This document shows positions 41,801 through 50,334 of a stretch of 64,000 bases of DNA, piece after piece. A program made the position numbers and the translations under genes. Origin of the DNA: an uncultured Chlamydiae bacterium (GTDB taxonomy: Bacteria > Chlamydiota > Chlamydiia > Chlamydiales > Parachlamydiaceae); contig CAWHMU010000036.1 in NCBI GenBank assembly GCA_963830365.1, forward strand, positions 1 to 64,000. Direction: 5' to 3'. Positions within the stretch are counted from its first letter, which is position 1. Each line of letters starts with the position of its first letter. Under the pieces are notes generated by a model that saw nothing but the letters and a program-made list of their open reading frames with translations, had not been told where the DNA came from and searched no databases.

Positions 41801-42539
41801 CAGTTTTGGTCCCGGCGCCAAAGCCGGCGGCCCAAACTATCTGCTGCAGCTGATGCAGCCTAAGCCAATGCGGTTGCCTAAAGAAACCGGCGCGGCCAAT
41901 AGCGAAGTCAATCTGCTGCATCAGAAAATGCAACAGGCCTTTAAAGACCCGCGCGAGCTTGAGCTATGGGAGACAAGCCTCGACAGTTACGCCTTCTTCT
42001 GGCAGTACTATTTCACCAAAAAGCACGATCCCAGCCAGGTACTGGGACAAGACAACTATCTGTGCTATGTGCCCCATGCCAAGCAGACGCTGCGCGTGCA
42101 GGCCGGCGATCTGGTGGTCGACGTGCTGCGCCTGGTGGCTGCAGCCCTGACCTGCCAGGCGCCTTTTGAAATCAGCCTGCCGCCGGGACTTGCCAAGCTA
42201 TTTGCCGACGACGAGTGGCTCAAACAGACGGCCGAGATTGTCTTTATAGAGGAAGATGAAGCGCGGCTGATCGAACGCCTGGCCGCCGGGCAGATCAAGC
42301 GCCTGCGCCTGCTGGCCGCGCCGAGCCCTAAATTGCAGCTAGCCATAGCCGAGGCGGCCTGCAATGCCGTCATCGCGCCCGTATTGGCCAATGGGCGCCT
42401 GGAACTTTTGCATTTTTTACGCGAGGTGAGCGTCAGCCACGACACCCACCGCTACGGCTATCTCGGCCTGCGCGAAAAAGAGCCCACCCCGCCGCCGCCT
42501 GCCGCCCAGGCCTGCGGTAGCAGCTGCGGCTGCGGCTGA
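38889..42539 (+). CDS. putA: Bifunctional proline dehydrogenase / P5C dehydrogenase
   Basis: NLDMEEY, RIVKGAN, ASHNLFD, YLVRRLDEN, PWNFP, AETGGKN, GQKCSAC, ELFGPV. Confidence 0.96.
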   Translation: MEMSKFMAALLNGLKDAGRHALTPEERKDKAIDFAADMLNEARRLRTQHEKSIQEQLARMMNDPIGKAFVTSMTDQCFRSQDSRRVADQLVYLIHKIGIPNFLSSFKRLQLAAFRALGRPLADLLVPLTKHMLRQETSNVILPGESTALSKHMALRRVEGVHINLNRLGEAILGEEEAARRLDKYLKDLANPEIECISVKISTIFSQINLLGWEETLVELSRRLKLLYRAAKQNLFISADGQKMPKFVNLDMEEYRDLHLTVELFKKVLDEAEFKDFSAGIVLQSYLPDAFCIQQGLTAWAQKRVAEGGAPIKIRIVKGANLAMEQVEASLKNWPQAPYATKGEVDANYKRMLVYGCQLPHAKAVHLGIASHNLFDIAYALLLRAENHVEEYVCFEMLEGMADHQRRLVQQLSGNMLLYCPAATREEFQNAVAYLVRRLDENTAPENFLRHAFEMLPGSDAWQAQAELFAKACHAIDTVQTTPSRLQNRLQNMPPPAFDASFANEADTDWTLPQNRLWAEGILREWSHKHFEVLPLVLGEQTISTGVALAAGQDPSFPDKTLYQYALAGEKELELALQTAERGYSSWSGRPLSQRLLLLAEVAQKLRQRRGDLIGAMVADTGKTVAEADVEVSEAIDFAEYYRRNALELHSLVDIAWQSKGPVLVAPPWNFPCSIPAGGILAALAAGNAVIFKPAPEAVLAGWQLANTFWEAGIDKEALQFFCCADDPIGSRLIQDVRVKAVILTGATSTAKLFFKLRPGLDLLAETGGKNSLVISRMSDRDLAIKDLIHSAFGHAGQKCSACSLAILEKEVYDDPHFRQQLHDAAASLKVGSPWHLSTRINPLIRTPNPELMRGLTTLEPGEEWLLQPKQDAKNPNLWSPGIKFGVKPGSFMHRTELFGPVLGVMCAKDMAEGVALANATPYGLTAGIHTLDEREQKTWLKEIVAGNCYINRGITGAIVQRQPFGGCKESSFGPGAKAGGPNYLLQLMQPKPMRLPKETGAANSEVNLLHQKMQQAFKDPRELELWETSLDSYAFFWQYYFTKKHDPSQVLGQDNYLCYVPHAKQTLRVQAGDLVVDVLRLVAAALTCQAPFEISLPPGLAKLFADDEWLKQTAEIVFIEEDEARLIERLAAGQIKRLRLLAAPSPKLQLAIAEAACNAVIAPVLANGRLELLHFLREVSVSHDTHRYGYLGLREKEPTPPPPAAQACGSSCGCG

Positions 42540-42540
42540 C

Positions 42541-42658
42541 AGGGACAGCATGGACGAAATGGACTAAATGGACTAAATGGACTAAATGGACAAACTATGG
42601 ACAATATGGACAACAAAAAAAGTCCATAGTTTGTCCATACAGTCCATAGTTTGTCCAT
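42541..42658. repeat. Palindromic array 1: 7 ATGGAC units facing 4 GTCCAT units
   Basis: Direct reading; mostly 9-nt period. Confidence 0.95.
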
Positions 42659-42716
42659 CTGATTCAAGAAACCCAGTTCAACAAAATCGATCAATGGGGT
42701 GAAAATTTTTAAAGGC

Positions 42717-44777
42717 TTATTCTGGCTTATGGGCGCCTAAAGCCTTTTTCAACCACAGGTTTATCTCATGGATGCTTTCTTTAATCACGGCAGGATTTGT
42801 CGGGACGTGATCTTGTCCATTGAGCCGTAGCATTTTCACGGGTTTATTTTGGGATTTGAGCGTGGCCTGTAATTCATAAGACTGTGAGATGGGCACACGT
42901 TTATCCTGGTCACCGTGGATGAGCAATAGAGGGGTATTAATATTGCTCGCTTGGAATAAGGGTGAGCGATCTTGGTATAAAGCTAATTTATCCCAGAATG
43001 GGCCGCCAAAATAGCGTGGTGCAAAATATTCTTGGCTGCTTGTGCCGGAGTAAGAGATCCAATCGCTGATGCCAGCACCCATGACAGCGGCCTTAAATCT
43101 ATTTGATTGTGTCAGCGCGCGAGCCGTCAAATAGCCACCATGGCTCCAACCTGCTATGGCCAGCTGAGCTGGATCGACGATCCCTTTTTCAATCAAAAGA
43201 TCAATGCCAGACATAATATCGAGATATTCAGCACCACCAAAATCGCCGTAATTGGCTAATCGGAATTTACTTCCATAACCTGAACTCCCACGGGGATTTG
43301 GTGCAAAGATAACAAAACCTTCGCTTAAAATATTTCCCCAACAGGTGGTGGGGTCGAGCATTTCTGCATACTCATCACAACCACCCAAATAACGCTTTGC
43401 CCATGCGCTAGCGGGTCCACCATGCGCCGTAGTGAGGAGAGGATATTTTTTGCTGGAATCATAGCCGTCAGGTTTGATAAGTAAACCATCAATCAATGTG
43501 CCATCCTTGGCGTGCCATTGTACAACCTCGGTTGTGCCGTGGGCTTTCTCAGGGCTAGCTTGGAACAGCTCTATTTTTTCTTTTTTGAAGGGGCGGGCTG
43601 GACTGATATAGGCCTCAGGCCTTGAATTCACTGTTTCATAAGCAAAACCGAAGAAATTGTGGCCACTATTGAGCGCGAGGGTAAGCGGTTCAATGAAACC
43701 ATTGCTGTTAGAAATATTGACCGGGGTTTTACTCGGATCAATATTTAAACTATAAATTTCATAGCCGACGGTCTTGAGCATTTCTAAGACATAAACGTTT
43801 TGGCTATCTGCATCCCAACCCAGTATCGTCGGCTCTTCATTAAAGGTAGGAGCTAGGCAGTGGGTTTTCGACTTAACCGTGTCAAATACACAAACTTTAG
43901 TCACCGCCCACATCAAGGTGTTGATCTGGACTTTGTTTGGCGGATTCTTTAAATCAAATTGTTTTACAAATTCATCGGCAGAAAGATTTGATTGAAAGGC
44001 TATCCATTTTCCATCAGGTGAGAAGACTGGCTGCACGCTATTGTGGGTAATGGTGTATGGAATATCCTTCAATTGCTGAGAATTCAGCTCATAAATGCCA
44101 AGTTTATTTGTAAGGGTATCTATATCGTCGGCAATGGGCTGATAGCCGATTACAAGAGATTTGCTATTGGGTGCCCAATCAAATCCTCTGATGTTTATCG
44201 TGTTTAGATTGAGTCGTTCAGCTACAGCGCTATCTTTGGGATGGTTTGGGATAATGTACAAGGCTCTGATGGAGGTTGTTGCCTCAACGTCAATGACCAT
44301 GCTTTTCGATGTCTTTGTGGGGTCTTTCGAGATAAAGGCAATACTTTCTCCGCTTGGAGATATTTTATAGGATTCTATATCGGACGTATGTTCATAAAGC
44401 TGCTTGGTTTCCCCCGTGCTAACGTCCGATGCCCAAAGACTTTGGAACGCTTTGCCTTTACTAAGAAAGAAAATCTGCTTGCCGTCTGGGGACCAAGCCG
44501 CTGAGGAGATATGAGGGGAGGTATGCATTAAAGAGATTTTTCCGCCTTTGTCACGTCGATAAAGCGCATATTCCCATGACATTGTATCCTTGATATTTTG
44601 TACCTGAAAAGTGATGACGACCACCTCTTTGCCATCAGGAGAGGGGACTACCTGTCCAAAACGTTTGAATTGTAACATTTCGTTCGGCGTGTAGTCTCTT
44701 GTTGGAGTTGCAAGGCAATTCACAGAAGTTAGGTAGAGCAGGCAACTGATCAATATGTTTTTCAAGAAAACTGTCAT
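42717..44777 (-). CDS. Second exported S9 family peptidase, AT-richer than neighbours
   Basis: Signal peptide, SPDG repeats, HGGP, GWSHGG, DKRV, QDH; AAGGAG RBS. Confidence 0.92.
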   Translation of the reverse strand: MTVFLKNILISCLLYLTSVNCLATPTRDYTPNEMLQFKRFGQVVPSPDGKEVVVITFQVQNIKDTMSWEYALYRRDKGGKISLMHTSPHISSAAWSPDGKQIFFLSKGKAFQSLWASDVSTGETKQLYEHTSDIESYKISPSGESIAFISKDPTKTSKSMVIDVEATTSIRALYIIPNHPKDSAVAERLNLNTINIRGFDWAPNSKSLVIGYQPIADDIDTLTNKLGIYELNSQQLKDIPYTITHNSVQPVFSPDGKWIAFQSNLSADEFVKQFDLKNPPNKVQINTLMWAVTKVCVFDTVKSKTHCLAPTFNEEPTILGWDADSQNVYVLEMLKTVGYEIYSLNIDPSKTPVNISNSNGFIEPLTLALNSGHNFFGFAYETVNSRPEAYISPARPFKKEKIELFQASPEKAHGTTEVVQWHAKDGTLIDGLLIKPDGYDSSKKYPLLTTAHGGPASAWAKRYLGGCDEYAEMLDPTTCWGNILSEGFVIFAPNPRGSSGYGSKFRLANYGDFGGAEYLDIMSGIDLLIEKGIVDPAQLAIAGWSHGGYLTARALTQSNRFKAAVMGAGISDWISYSGTSSQEYFAPRYFGGPFWDKLALYQDRSPLFQASNINTPLLLIHGDQDKRVPISQSYELQATLKSQNKPVKMLRLNGQDHVPTNPAVIKESIHEINLWLKKALGAHKPE

Positions 44778-44799
44778 TTATAGCTCCTTTAGGATCAAC

Positions 44800-44904
44800 A
44801 TGGACGGCATGGACTAAATGGACTAACATGGACTATATGGACAAAGCATACATTTTAGTTGTCCATACTGTCCATAGTTTGTCCATATAGTCCATGTTGT
44901 CCAT
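44800..44904. repeat. Palindromic array 2: 5 ATGGAC units facing 5 GTCCAT units
   Basis: Direct reading. Confidence 0.95.
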
Positions 44905-44908
44905 TTTC

Positions 44909-45481
44909 TCAAGGGCCCCGTTTTGGACTTTGGGCTGCCTTTCGTGTGTGATAAAGGCGTTCGGTGAAACCGCCTTCGCGTTGGAAAGCTTCGGCTTGTG
45001 CCGCAAGCTGTCGGTTAAGAAGTGTGCAAGCCACGGAAATCAGCACCAGCATGGCATTAGCCGCAATTTCTGGCAGGTTGAGTTGATTCTCATGCGCCTG
45101 CTGCTTTACCCATAGGGCAAACTGATCGGCTGTGGTAAAGCGTTGCCTGATCACTTCTTGGCGGCGCGGTTCGGCAAAAGCCCAGATATTCAGCTGGTGT
45201 TGGCGCAAAAAATCTTCGCAATCGAGTTTTAGTTCTTCAAGACTGGCGCGGGCCACATTCGTGAGTTTGAGCTCGGTCTTTTTGGATGTGCCGGAGGCTT
45301 GGCTGCCTTCAGCGATATTTTGCACGCCCGAACGGGCGGCCTGTACCATCTGGTCGTGGGTGCGGCTGCGCGCGCCGACAAAGCGGTCGCAGAACCGAAT
45401 CGTGATATCAAATACAAGGCGGGACAGCTGAAAGGTTTTGAGTTCGCGATAGCCCCCATGCTGGGGAATCAGCTTTTCCAT
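44909..45481 (-). CDS. Four-helix-bundle protein (TIGR02436-like) with suffix domain (TIGR04258-like)
   Basis: GGYRELK, DQMVQAARSGVQNIAEGS, ARASLEELKLD, EGGFTERLY. Confidence 0.9.
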   Translation of the reverse strand: MEKLIPQHGGYRELKTFQLSRLVFDITIRFCDRFVGARSRTHDQMVQAARSGVQNIAEGSQASGTSKKTELKLTNVARASLEELKLDCEDFLRQHQLNIWAFAEPRRQEVIRQRFTTADQFALWVKQQAHENQLNLPEIAANAMLVLISVACTLLNRQLAAQAEAFQREGGFTERLYHTRKAAQSPKRGP

Positions 45482-45546
45482 AGCGCAGCTCCATTTTTTC
45501 TTGTTTTCAAAAAGTTAATTTATTCTTTGATTTTGTCCAATCGAAA

Positions 45547-45650
45547 ATGGACAGCATGGACTATATGGACTACATGGACTACATGGACAACAAAAACGTC
45601 CATAGTTTGTCCATATAGTCCATATAGTCCATGTAGTCCATACTGTCCAT
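45547..45650. repeat. Palindromic array 3: 5 ATGGAC units facing 6 GTCCAT units
   Basis: Direct reading. Confidence 0.95.
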
Positions 45651-45723
45651 GTGCTGCTAGTGTTTGCCTTTTGCGGCTAAATCCTTTATGATTTCCATTC
45701 ATTCTCATAGCCGGTAGAAAATT

Positions 45724-47940
45724 ATGCAAATCCATGCCTCATTAAATCCTGATCAATGCCTTGCCGTCGATACACTTACCGGTCCTTTGCTGGTGCTGGC
45801 AGGGGCGGGGTCGGGTAAAACACGCGTCGTCACCTGCCGCATCGTCAACCTGATGGAACACGGCGTAGAAGCCTCGTCCATTCTCGGCTTGACCTTCACC
45901 AATAAGGCCGCGGCCGAGATGAAGGAGCGCGTCACGCAGATGACGCACAGCCTGGTGCTGGTATGCACTTTTCATAGTTTGGGCGCGCGCATCCTGCGCG
46001 AGGCGATCCATGTGATGGGCTACCGGCGCGATTTCACCATCTATGATGAACAGGATACCGAGAAGCTGATGAAGGTCTGCCTTGATGAACTGGAGAGCAA
46101 ACAGAAGCTCGATGCCAAAGGCTTTTTACATCTCATCTCACGCGCCAAGAATGCCATGCTGGGCCCAGAAGATATCAAAGAGGCTGAACTTGACGAACTT
46201 GAAAAAGCCTTTCCCGATGTCTATGCCCGCTATACCGCAAAACTTAAAGAATGCAATGCCGTCGATTTCGACGACTTGCTCTATCTGCCGGTGCGCCTAT
46301 TTCAGCAGCACCAGGATATGCTCGACCACTATCAAAACCGCTGGTCGCATCTGCTCATCGATGAGTTCCAGGATACCAACGCCGCCCAATATACCCTGGT
46401 GCGCCTGCTGGTGGCCAAACACAACAACATATGCGTCGTCGGCGATCCCGACCAGTCCATCTATTCGTGGCGCGGCGCCGATGTCAGCAACATCCTGGGT
46501 TTTGAAAGGGACTATCCCGGCGCGGTCGTCGTCAATCTGCAGCAAAATTACCGCAGCCGCACCAACATCCTGGAGGCTTCAAACGCGCTGATCAGCTACA
46601 ACCGCGGGCGTTATGAAAAGAACCTATGGAGCGATCGGGGCCCTGGTGAAAAGATCAGGCACTATACCGCCGATACCGAAAGGGGCGAAGCTGAATTCGT
46701 AGCTGACAAGATCAGCATGCATTACCAACAGCAGGATATCTCCTTAAAAGAGATGGCCGTTTTCTATCGCACCAATGCCCAGTCGCGGGCGCTTGAGGAC
46801 AAGCTGCTGTTGCACCAAATCCCCTATGTCATCGTAGGCGGCGTCTCGTTCTACCAGCGGCGTGAAGTCAAGGATATCTTGGGCTTTTTGCGCATGGTGC
46901 AATCCGGCACGGACTATGTGTCTTTCCTGCGCACGATAAACATTCCCAAGCGCGGCTTAGGAGAGGCCACCATCGATAAGATCCGCCTCGCGGCCGCCCA
47001 TGAGCAGCGCTCGATCTTAGGATACTGCATTGAACTTGTCGCAGGAGCTGAGCTGCAGCATCCCATCCGCCTTTCCGCCAAACAGAAGACTGCCTTGAAA
47101 TCTTATGTCGATATCGTGCACGAGCTGAGGGAAATCAGCAAGTCGTGCTCATTGAAAGAGCTTGTCAAAGCCGCCATCGAACGCACGGGCTACCTGGACC
47201 ACCTCGCCTGCGAAATGGAAAGCTATGACGAACGCAAGGAAAACTTGAATGCGCTCATTTCAAAGGCCATGGAATGGGAGCTGTCTTCCACTGAACCTTC
47301 CCTTGAAGCATTTCTGGAGGAATTATCGCTTAAGTCCAGCCTGGATGAAGCCCAAGCGCCACACGACCGCATCCACCTGATGACCATTCATAATGGCAAG
47401 GGGCTGGAATTCGAGGTTGTCTTTCTGGTGGGGATGGAGGAGGATCTATTCCCGCATGCCAATTCGCGCGATAGCGAACCCGCCCAGGAAGAGGAGCGCC
47501 GCCTATGCTATGTGGGGATGACGCGCGCCAAGGAATATCTTTACCTCTGCGATGTCAGGCAGCGCTTCTTATGGGGCACCACACGCAGCCAGCGTCCCAG
47601 CCGCTTTTTGCAGGAAGTGCCGGGTAAATACATCGAAAAGCTGCGTTCCTCGTTTTTTGCCAAATCTCAGCCATCAACAGCCAGGCGCGAAGCGCCCCGG
47701 CATATGCGCGATGAGGAGGATTTTTTGCCGGAGCCCTTTTCAGATGAGATTGAGGTGGCGCCAGTCAGGGAAACGGTGCAGCTTGTGCCGGGCGATGCCG
47801 TCTTTCATAAAGATTTCGGCATCGGCGTTATCCGTGAGGCCTATCAAGGCTCCATCGGCCTCACCTACAAGGTGTTTTTCTCCAATGACAGCCGTGAACG
47901 CAGCCTGGTGGCCAAATTGGCGCCGTTGCGCAAACTGTAG
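45724..47940 (+). CDS. pcrA: ATP-dependent DNA helicase UvrD/PcrA
   Basis: AGAGSGKT, TFTNKAA, DEFQDTN, GDPDQSIYSWRGA, QNYRS, TIHNGKGLEF, YVGMTRA. Confidence 0.95.
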   Translation: MQIHASLNPDQCLAVDTLTGPLLVLAGAGSGKTRVVTCRIVNLMEHGVEASSILGLTFTNKAAAEMKERVTQMTHSLVLVCTFHSLGARILREAIHVMGYRRDFTIYDEQDTEKLMKVCLDELESKQKLDAKGFLHLISRAKNAMLGPEDIKEAELDELEKAFPDVYARYTAKLKECNAVDFDDLLYLPVRLFQQHQDMLDHYQNRWSHLLIDEFQDTNAAQYTLVRLLVAKHNNICVVGDPDQSIYSWRGADVSNILGFERDYPGAVVVNLQQNYRSRTNILEASNALISYNRGRYEKNLWSDRGPGEKIRHYTADTERGEAEFVADKISMHYQQQDISLKEMAVFYRTNAQSRALEDKLLLHQIPYVIVGGVSFYQRREVKDILGFLRMVQSGTDYVSFLRTINIPKRGLGEATIDKIRLAAAHEQRSILGYCIELVAGAELQHPIRLSAKQKTALKSYVDIVHELREISKSCSLKELVKAAIERTGYLDHLACEMESYDERKENLNALISKAMEWELSSTEPSLEAFLEELSLKSSLDEAQAPHDRIHLMTIHNGKGLEFEVVFLVGMEEDLFPHANSRDSEPAQEEERRLCYVGMTRAKEYLYLCDVRQRFLWGTTRSQRPSRFLQEVPGKYIEKLRSSFFAKSQPSTARREAPRHMRDEEDFLPEPFSDEIEVAPVRETVQLVPGDAVFHKDFGIGVIREAYQGSIGLTYKVFFSNDSRERSLVAKLAPLRKL

Positions 47941-48111
47941 CTTTTAACCTAAAAGCGGCAGCAGCTAGGCCGCCTGTGCCAGCATGAACATGCCTACTTC
48001 CGAACTGTGGTGGATGAGATTCTCTGGCCGAGCTTTTAAAGATTGGGGGCTGGCTTGGCATGCCCCCGATCTTGACCCCGGTTTTAGCACAAAATGAAAA
48101 TTTGCGAGACA

Positions 48112-50331
48112 TCAAATGCTTTGGCGGGCCAGCATGTCGGCAAACAGGCCGCCTTGCTGAGCGAGCTCGGCGAAGGTGCCGCATTGCGCCACCTTGCCGC
48201 GGTCCAGTACATAGATGCGGTCGGCATGTTTTACCGCAGACAGTCGGTGGGCGACGATGATTCTTGTGGCCTTGAGCTTTTGCATATTCTGCATCACGAT
48301 TTGTTGGGTACGATTATCCAGGCCGCCCGTAGCTTCATCCCACAGCATGATCTTGGCCTTACTTAAAAAGGCGCCCGCCAGAAACAGGCGCTGGCGCTGT
48401 CCGCTTGAAATCGTCGTCCCTGCACTAGTCAGGACAGTATTTAGTCCCATGGGGAATTGTTGCAAATCGTTCTTAAATCCTGCCATCTCGACTGCCGCCA
48501 TGATTTCTTCCAGGGCATAAGGCTTTCCGCCGGTGATATTTTCGCGCATGGTGCCGTCCATCAGCTGGCTGTTTTGCAAGATGGTGCTGATCTGCCGGCG
48601 TACCGCTGGCAGATAAAGCGTAGCCAGGTCTTGTCCGTCATAATGAATTGCGCCCTGCTGGGGCGACTCAAAGCCGAGCAGCAGGCGGATGAGCGAGCTT
48701 TTGCCGCAGCCGGAGGGGCCGACGATGGCCACGAATTCACCCGGCGCGGCGCGGATGGAGATGTCGTCATGGATCAACGCACCCTTGTCATCATAGCGGA
48801 AGCTGACATGTTCGATATGGATGGCGCCGCTTAATGGTGGAGGGGTGATCTTGGCAGCACTGTTTTCCAGCGGTTCGTCCAGGATGACTTTGGCGTAGTG
48901 CCATAGGGCATAGGTGTTTGGCATTTGCAGCAGGGTGGCATTGAGATCGGCGAGGGCGACGGCGAAATTGACCAGGGCGATGTTAAAGGCCAGGTAGGCG
49001 CCGAGGCTGAGCATAGTTGAAGGGGAAGATGTGGCACCCACCCAGCCGATGACGACAAAGAAAATCACGAAATATTTCAGGCCGTCCAATATGATATCGA
49101 CGGCATGCAGGCGATTGGCGATGGTCCCCATCTGTAAATGCAGGCGCTGGTTGGCCATGGCATCGGCGGCCCAGAAACGGAAGATGCGCTCTTCGGCGCC
49201 GTGAGTGCGGATTTTGGAGAGGCCGATGATCATCTGGATGACTTTGCCGTTGATGATCCCGAACTGATAATTCATGGCGCGCTTTTTGATGGCGGCAAAG
49301 CCGTAGGCCGTCGCAGCCAGGCTAAAGAGCATAAGCCCCAGGGCGATGGCGCTTAGGGTAGGGCTGTAGTAAAACATGGCCACCAGATAAACGGTGGCAA
49401 AGATGGCATTGATAATTGTGCGGGCGGCATGGCCGGCTAAGCTGCGCCGGATCTCGGTGACGCATGAGAGGCGCTGGAACAGGTCGCCTACCGTGAACCT
49501 TCTGAAGAAGCGCATCGGCAGGTCGAGCAGGCGCTGCCATAAGGCCGCCTCCACATCGTGATTTAGATAGGTTTCTACTTTAAGCATGGCGTATTCCTTA
49601 ATGGCATTACAGGCGGCGATGCTTAGGAAAATCAGAGCCAGGCCAAGCAACAGCTGCATAAAGAGCTGTTTGTCCATTGACGGAATGATATGGTCGAATA
49701 AAATTTCGTTGGCAAAAGGTAGAAAAAGACTCAACACGCCTACCAACAAGCTTAGCATAAAGATAAACCAGAGATCATTTTTCCTGCCGTGCAGGCAGAA
49801 ATGCAGCATATCGCGGTGGCTCAATTTGTCTTGGGCGGGAAGCAGACGGTAAAATATGTTGGCGGTAGGGTCGAGCTTTTGGGCTAGTGCCGTATGGATT
49901 TTTTGCGGGGCAGGGGCTTCGGGATCGATCAGAGAATAGCCGCCGTTTGGGTCCGGGGACAAAACGACCGGCTTCAGGGGATTATCTTTAAAATAGCCAA
50001 GCAGGGGGCCGTGGTCCTCCAGCCACCAGTTTTTTGGCAGGGTGATGTCGCGATAGTTTACGTGCGATGCTTGGGCAATGGCATGCAGGCGTTCTGCCAG
50101 CGGCTGTGTGGTGGTGGATAGGGATGGAAATTGGAAATCGATATCCAGCTTAGCGCCCAGGATTTGACAAGCCCGCATGAGCGGTTCTGCGCCCATTGGT
50201 GCGTTTATAGGCGCCATTTCATCATCCAAGATGTTGCCGAACTCTTTCAGGGTGCTATCGAGCATGGCCCGGTCGCTTTGCCTGCGGAGCTGTGCTTGGC
50301 TGGCTTCATTTTCCTTTGCAGTCGGCGCCAC
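48112..50331 (-). CDS. NHLM-type bacteriocin ABC transporter, ATP-binding subunit (TIGR03797-like)
   Basis: WWLEDHGPLLG degenerate N-domain, TM domain, GPSGCGKS, ISSGQRQR, WDEAT. Confidence 0.88.
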   Translation of the reverse strand: MAPTAKENEASQAQLRRQSDRAMLDSTLKEFGNILDDEMAPINAPMGAEPLMRACQILGAKLDIDFQFPSLSTTTQPLAERLHAIAQASHVNYRDITLPKNWWLEDHGPLLGYFKDNPLKPVVLSPDPNGGYSLIDPEAPAPQKIHTALAQKLDPTANIFYRLLPAQDKLSHRDMLHFCLHGRKNDLWFIFMLSLLVGVLSLFLPFANEILFDHIIPSMDKQLFMQLLLGLALIFLSIAACNAIKEYAMLKVETYLNHDVEAALWQRLLDLPMRFFRRFTVGDLFQRLSCVTEIRRSLAGHAARTIINAIFATVYLVAMFYYSPTLSAIALGLMLFSLAATAYGFAAIKKRAMNYQFGIINGKVIQMIIGLSKIRTHGAEERIFRFWAADAMANQRLHLQMGTIANRLHAVDIILDGLKYFVIFFVVIGWVGATSSPSTMLSLGAYLAFNIALVNFAVALADLNATLLQMPNTYALWHYAKVILDEPLENSAAKITPPPLSGAIHIEHVSFRYDDKGALIHDDISIRAAPGEFVAIVGPSGCGKSSLIRLLLGFESPQQGAIHYDGQDLATLYLPAVRRQISTILQNSQLMDGTMRENITGGKPYALEEIMAAVEMAGFKNDLQQFPMGLNTVLTSAGTTISSGQRQRLFLAGAFLSKAKIMLWDEATGGLDNRTQQIVMQNMQKLKATRIIVAHRLSAVKHADRIYVLDRGKVAQCGTFAELAQQGGLFADMLARQSI

Positions 50332-50334
50332 GGC

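Noticed and set aside
42541..45650. ATGGAC arrays as CRISPR, or the bundle gene as part of a DGR or 23S rRNA intervening sequence
   Set aside because: Units are 9 nt with no spacers; no reverse transcriptase, TR/VR pair or rRNA in the window
45520..45735. Low-complexity ORFs (YGLHGL/VVHVVH, WTTWTT), also 42458-42694 and 12415-12618
   Set aside because: Translations of the DNA repeats; no RBS or coding evidence
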